A stretch of 62,289 nt of DNA, counting the filler, from Globobulimina sp. (lineage: Eukaryota): NCBI GenBank assembly GCA_003354225.1. It is 21 parts of 21 records of this genome, joined end to end, with 100 filler letters (N's around TTAATTAATTAA, not from the genome) between each part and the next. Parts side by side here need not be neighbours in the genome. Positions count along the whole stretch, not along the records: positions 59,421 to 62,289 come from PIVH01004564.1; 20 more parts are not named here. One strand, written 5' to 3'. The translations under genes and the position numbers were made by a program. Positions 60,111 through 62,289 of the stretch are shown one piece after another (the stretch's first letter is position 1; the number at the start of each line of letters is the position of its first letter). The notes beneath the pieces are model-generated. The model did no database searches and was not told the origin of the DNA. It saw nothing but the letters and a program-made list of their open reading frames with translations.

Positions 60111-61665
60111 ATGGCTTCGTGGAACGATGGACAGAGCTCATATAAGAATATTGCGCAACGAGGAAATAAAAACAACAACTTTAGATCGAAGAGACACAGA
60201 AATAATGCCCCACCTTTAGATGAAGCAGAGATACAAAAAAGAGAAGAAAGTCGAAAGTTTCATCAACAAAAACGATTTGAAGAACATAAGAAATTGGACT
60301 TGATATTCGACACATTTACCACGGAAATTGCATTCTGTGAGCGATTAGAATATCGACTATTTGGAGGGCGTCCCGGATTCACCATATTTTTCTATAATAA
60401 TGGTAAGGATTCGAGCAAATACCTCCATAATCCCCGACAAGCTGACAAAGTGTTTACGAATTTATGTCCCATCTGGGAAAAACTTAAGGTTTGGTGTATC
60501 AGCCAAGGCCAAAAGAGAGACTCCGGGGACAAGTTTGCTGAGCTATCGTTTGCGTGGGAGAATGACGTGTATGGCATCGAAGAGTCTGGAATTAGCTAAG
60601 AATCAATTCCTCAGTGCTATGGACAACTTGCGGGAGACGGCAGATCGCGCATTTTCTGCCACATTGGGGAAGAAATTTAGATTTTGGATAGAAAGAAGAA
60701 GATACGATGCCCCCAACTCGTACAAATATGTGTGTAATAACGCATATATCTCAACGAAATTTAGAGACTCGCAGGTTGTGGAGGATGACGTGGCACGTCA
60801 GGAGGCACTGGAAGTCATTTCAGGTGGCTTCAAAGGCTACAAAATAACCTGTGAGAGATTTGGAAAGATCACGAAAAATATTAGCGGTGGATTGTGCTTG
60901 ACAGCATCCAGTCCCATCGACATAGAATGGCTTAAAAAGAATGTCCGATCATTGGCGGGGCAGAGTCCGCAGAGAGTCATTTGGACCGTATTTAAAGAGC
61001 GGAAAGATATGGAAAAGCGAGAGATTTGGTCGAATGCGATGAAATTAAAAAAGTTCAAGGAACGGAAAATTGAGGCAGGCACAGTATACGGTATTAAATG
61101 GTGTCTGACGGAAGAAAAATTAGATGATGACATACAAAATGAGCTCTTACGGCAGCATAAGGGCGATGATGACGGTAATATTTATATAAAATCGAAAGCA
61201 GCGATGGTCGCTAAGCTCAACGGCACCATCGAAGATTTTAAGAATAAAATTGTCAACGACATCCGGGAGGCTCTCTACAATGAAAACGAAGAGTCTCACA
61301 GTGAAATTGATGCAGATTTGGATATGAACGGTACGATTGTGCCGAATATGGTAGGTTCAGGCGGCACCGCTGCCATTACCGACAACTCAGTGCACTTTCA
61401 GTTTGGCGTAACTTCGTTTAGCGAATCGTTACGGAATGATCAGAGGATCGGATTACAGAAAGTGATAATGCAGAAAGGCGGCACTCTGACAGACGATGAA
61501 GCCGACCAAATATTAAAATATTGCCTATATAATGACCATATTGTCGCGGAATTATTAGGCAACAAATCCATCGCTAGGATCGATGGTAAAATTGTACTGC
61601 GAGGAATTGAATCTTTTGAGAAAGCGAAAAAGCAGCAAAGTCAGTTCTCATTTAATGAGTTCTAG
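60111..61665 (+). CDS. Putative ORF1 of a non-LTR retrotransposon, split by a +1 frameshift near 60570-60599
   Basis: Intronless overlapping ORFs 60111-60599 and 60361-61665, basic N-terminus, directly upstream of an APE-containing ORF. Confidence 0.55.
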
Positions 61666-61706
61666 ACTGCCACGCTGCTTTCCACTATTAACAACCCCTT
61701 AATTCT

Positions 61707-62289
61707 ATGGAGGATTGCCCCAAGCCCCCAAACTGTAAAAATATTAGAAATTGTCATGACTATACCTCCCATTGTCGTGATCAAACTGTTGCAGCGGAGG
61801 ACTATTGTTTTAATAATTTATTTCGAAATCAAAATGTAAGCGAAAGCTATGTGTCGCGGGAGAAGTCATTATCTGGCAACGATCGTATCGCTGCCAATGA
61901 AAATGGACCCTGTGACACCCAAATTGTTCTAAATAATCCACTATTTAATGTATCCGAGAATAGCATCGAATCCCTTTCAAGCGAAGAAGGTGCATTTCCA
62001 GATACGAACTATTTAAATTGTATTAATTCGAATATCAATGTTAGAAATAATGAAAATGAAATTAGTTACGATGCAAATGATGACAGTGATGATGCAATGT
62101 ACGATGAAGCATTGAGTAAAATAGAAAGCAATAACAAGTTGAGAGACAATTATTTATTTGAACGAAAGAATGGTTTATTGATTTGTCAATGGAATGTGGA
62201 CGGACTCACTATGAGTATTAGGAAACATATTCATTATATTATTTGCACGAAGTGTCCAGACATCTTTGTATTGGAAGGAGCTTTTAAAT
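61707..62289 (+). CDS. ORF2 N-terminus with start of APE endonuclease (3' partial; not in the ORF track)
   Basis: 194 open codons ending GLLICQWNVDGLTMSIRKHIHYIICTKCPDIFVLEG, which matches APE motifs I-II. Confidence 0.72.
   Translation, partial: MEDCPKPPNCKNIRNCHDYTSHCRDQTVAAEDYCFNNLFRNQNVSESYVSREKSLSGNDRIAANENGPCDTQIVLNNPLFNVSENSIESLSSEEGAFPDTNYLNCINSNINVRNNENEISYDANDDSDDAMYDEALSKIESNNKLRDNYLFERKNGLLICQWNVDGLTMSIRKHIHYIICTKCPDIFVLEGAFK

Larger units (their letters stand above)
59876..62289 (+). mobile_element. 5' portion of an APE-type non-LTR retrotransposon (LINE); 5' boundary approximate
   Basis: Repeat-bearing leader, ORF1, 41-nt spacer and ORF2 with APE start, all intronless. Confidence 0.65.

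Overview
The window is not one locus. It joins 21 unrelated contigs of about 2.87 kb, in decreasing length order, with an artificial 100-nt linker (N44-TTAATTAATTAA-N44), so gene neighbourhoods mean something only within a contig. Most contigs come from an AT-rich, gene-dense protist that uses the standard code and short GT-AG introns, mostly 50-80 nt. The gene families (7TM-RGS, divergent G-alpha, ART-like domain, TRAF zinc finger, LRR-LNR membrane protein) suggest a rhizarian, possibly a foraminifer; this is inference only. Recognisable housekeeping genes are exosome MTR3-like, a CDK, RPN1, a kinesin, mitochondrial Lon, NMD3 and a DUSP. Three contigs stand apart: a bacterial multiheme cytochrome c operon (47545-50413), a giant-virus/virophage-like repeat-rich contig (35664-38534), and the 5' half of a non-LTR retrotransposon (about 59870-62289). 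A bacterial TolB fragment fused to a eukaryotic gene and a fold-back duplication point to whole-genome-amplification chimeras. The best candidate for a novel system is an intron-containing gene fusing cytochrome b5 to a MOSC/mARC molybdoenzyme domain, with the reading frame still open at the contig end. All calls come from manual motif reading; no database searches were run.
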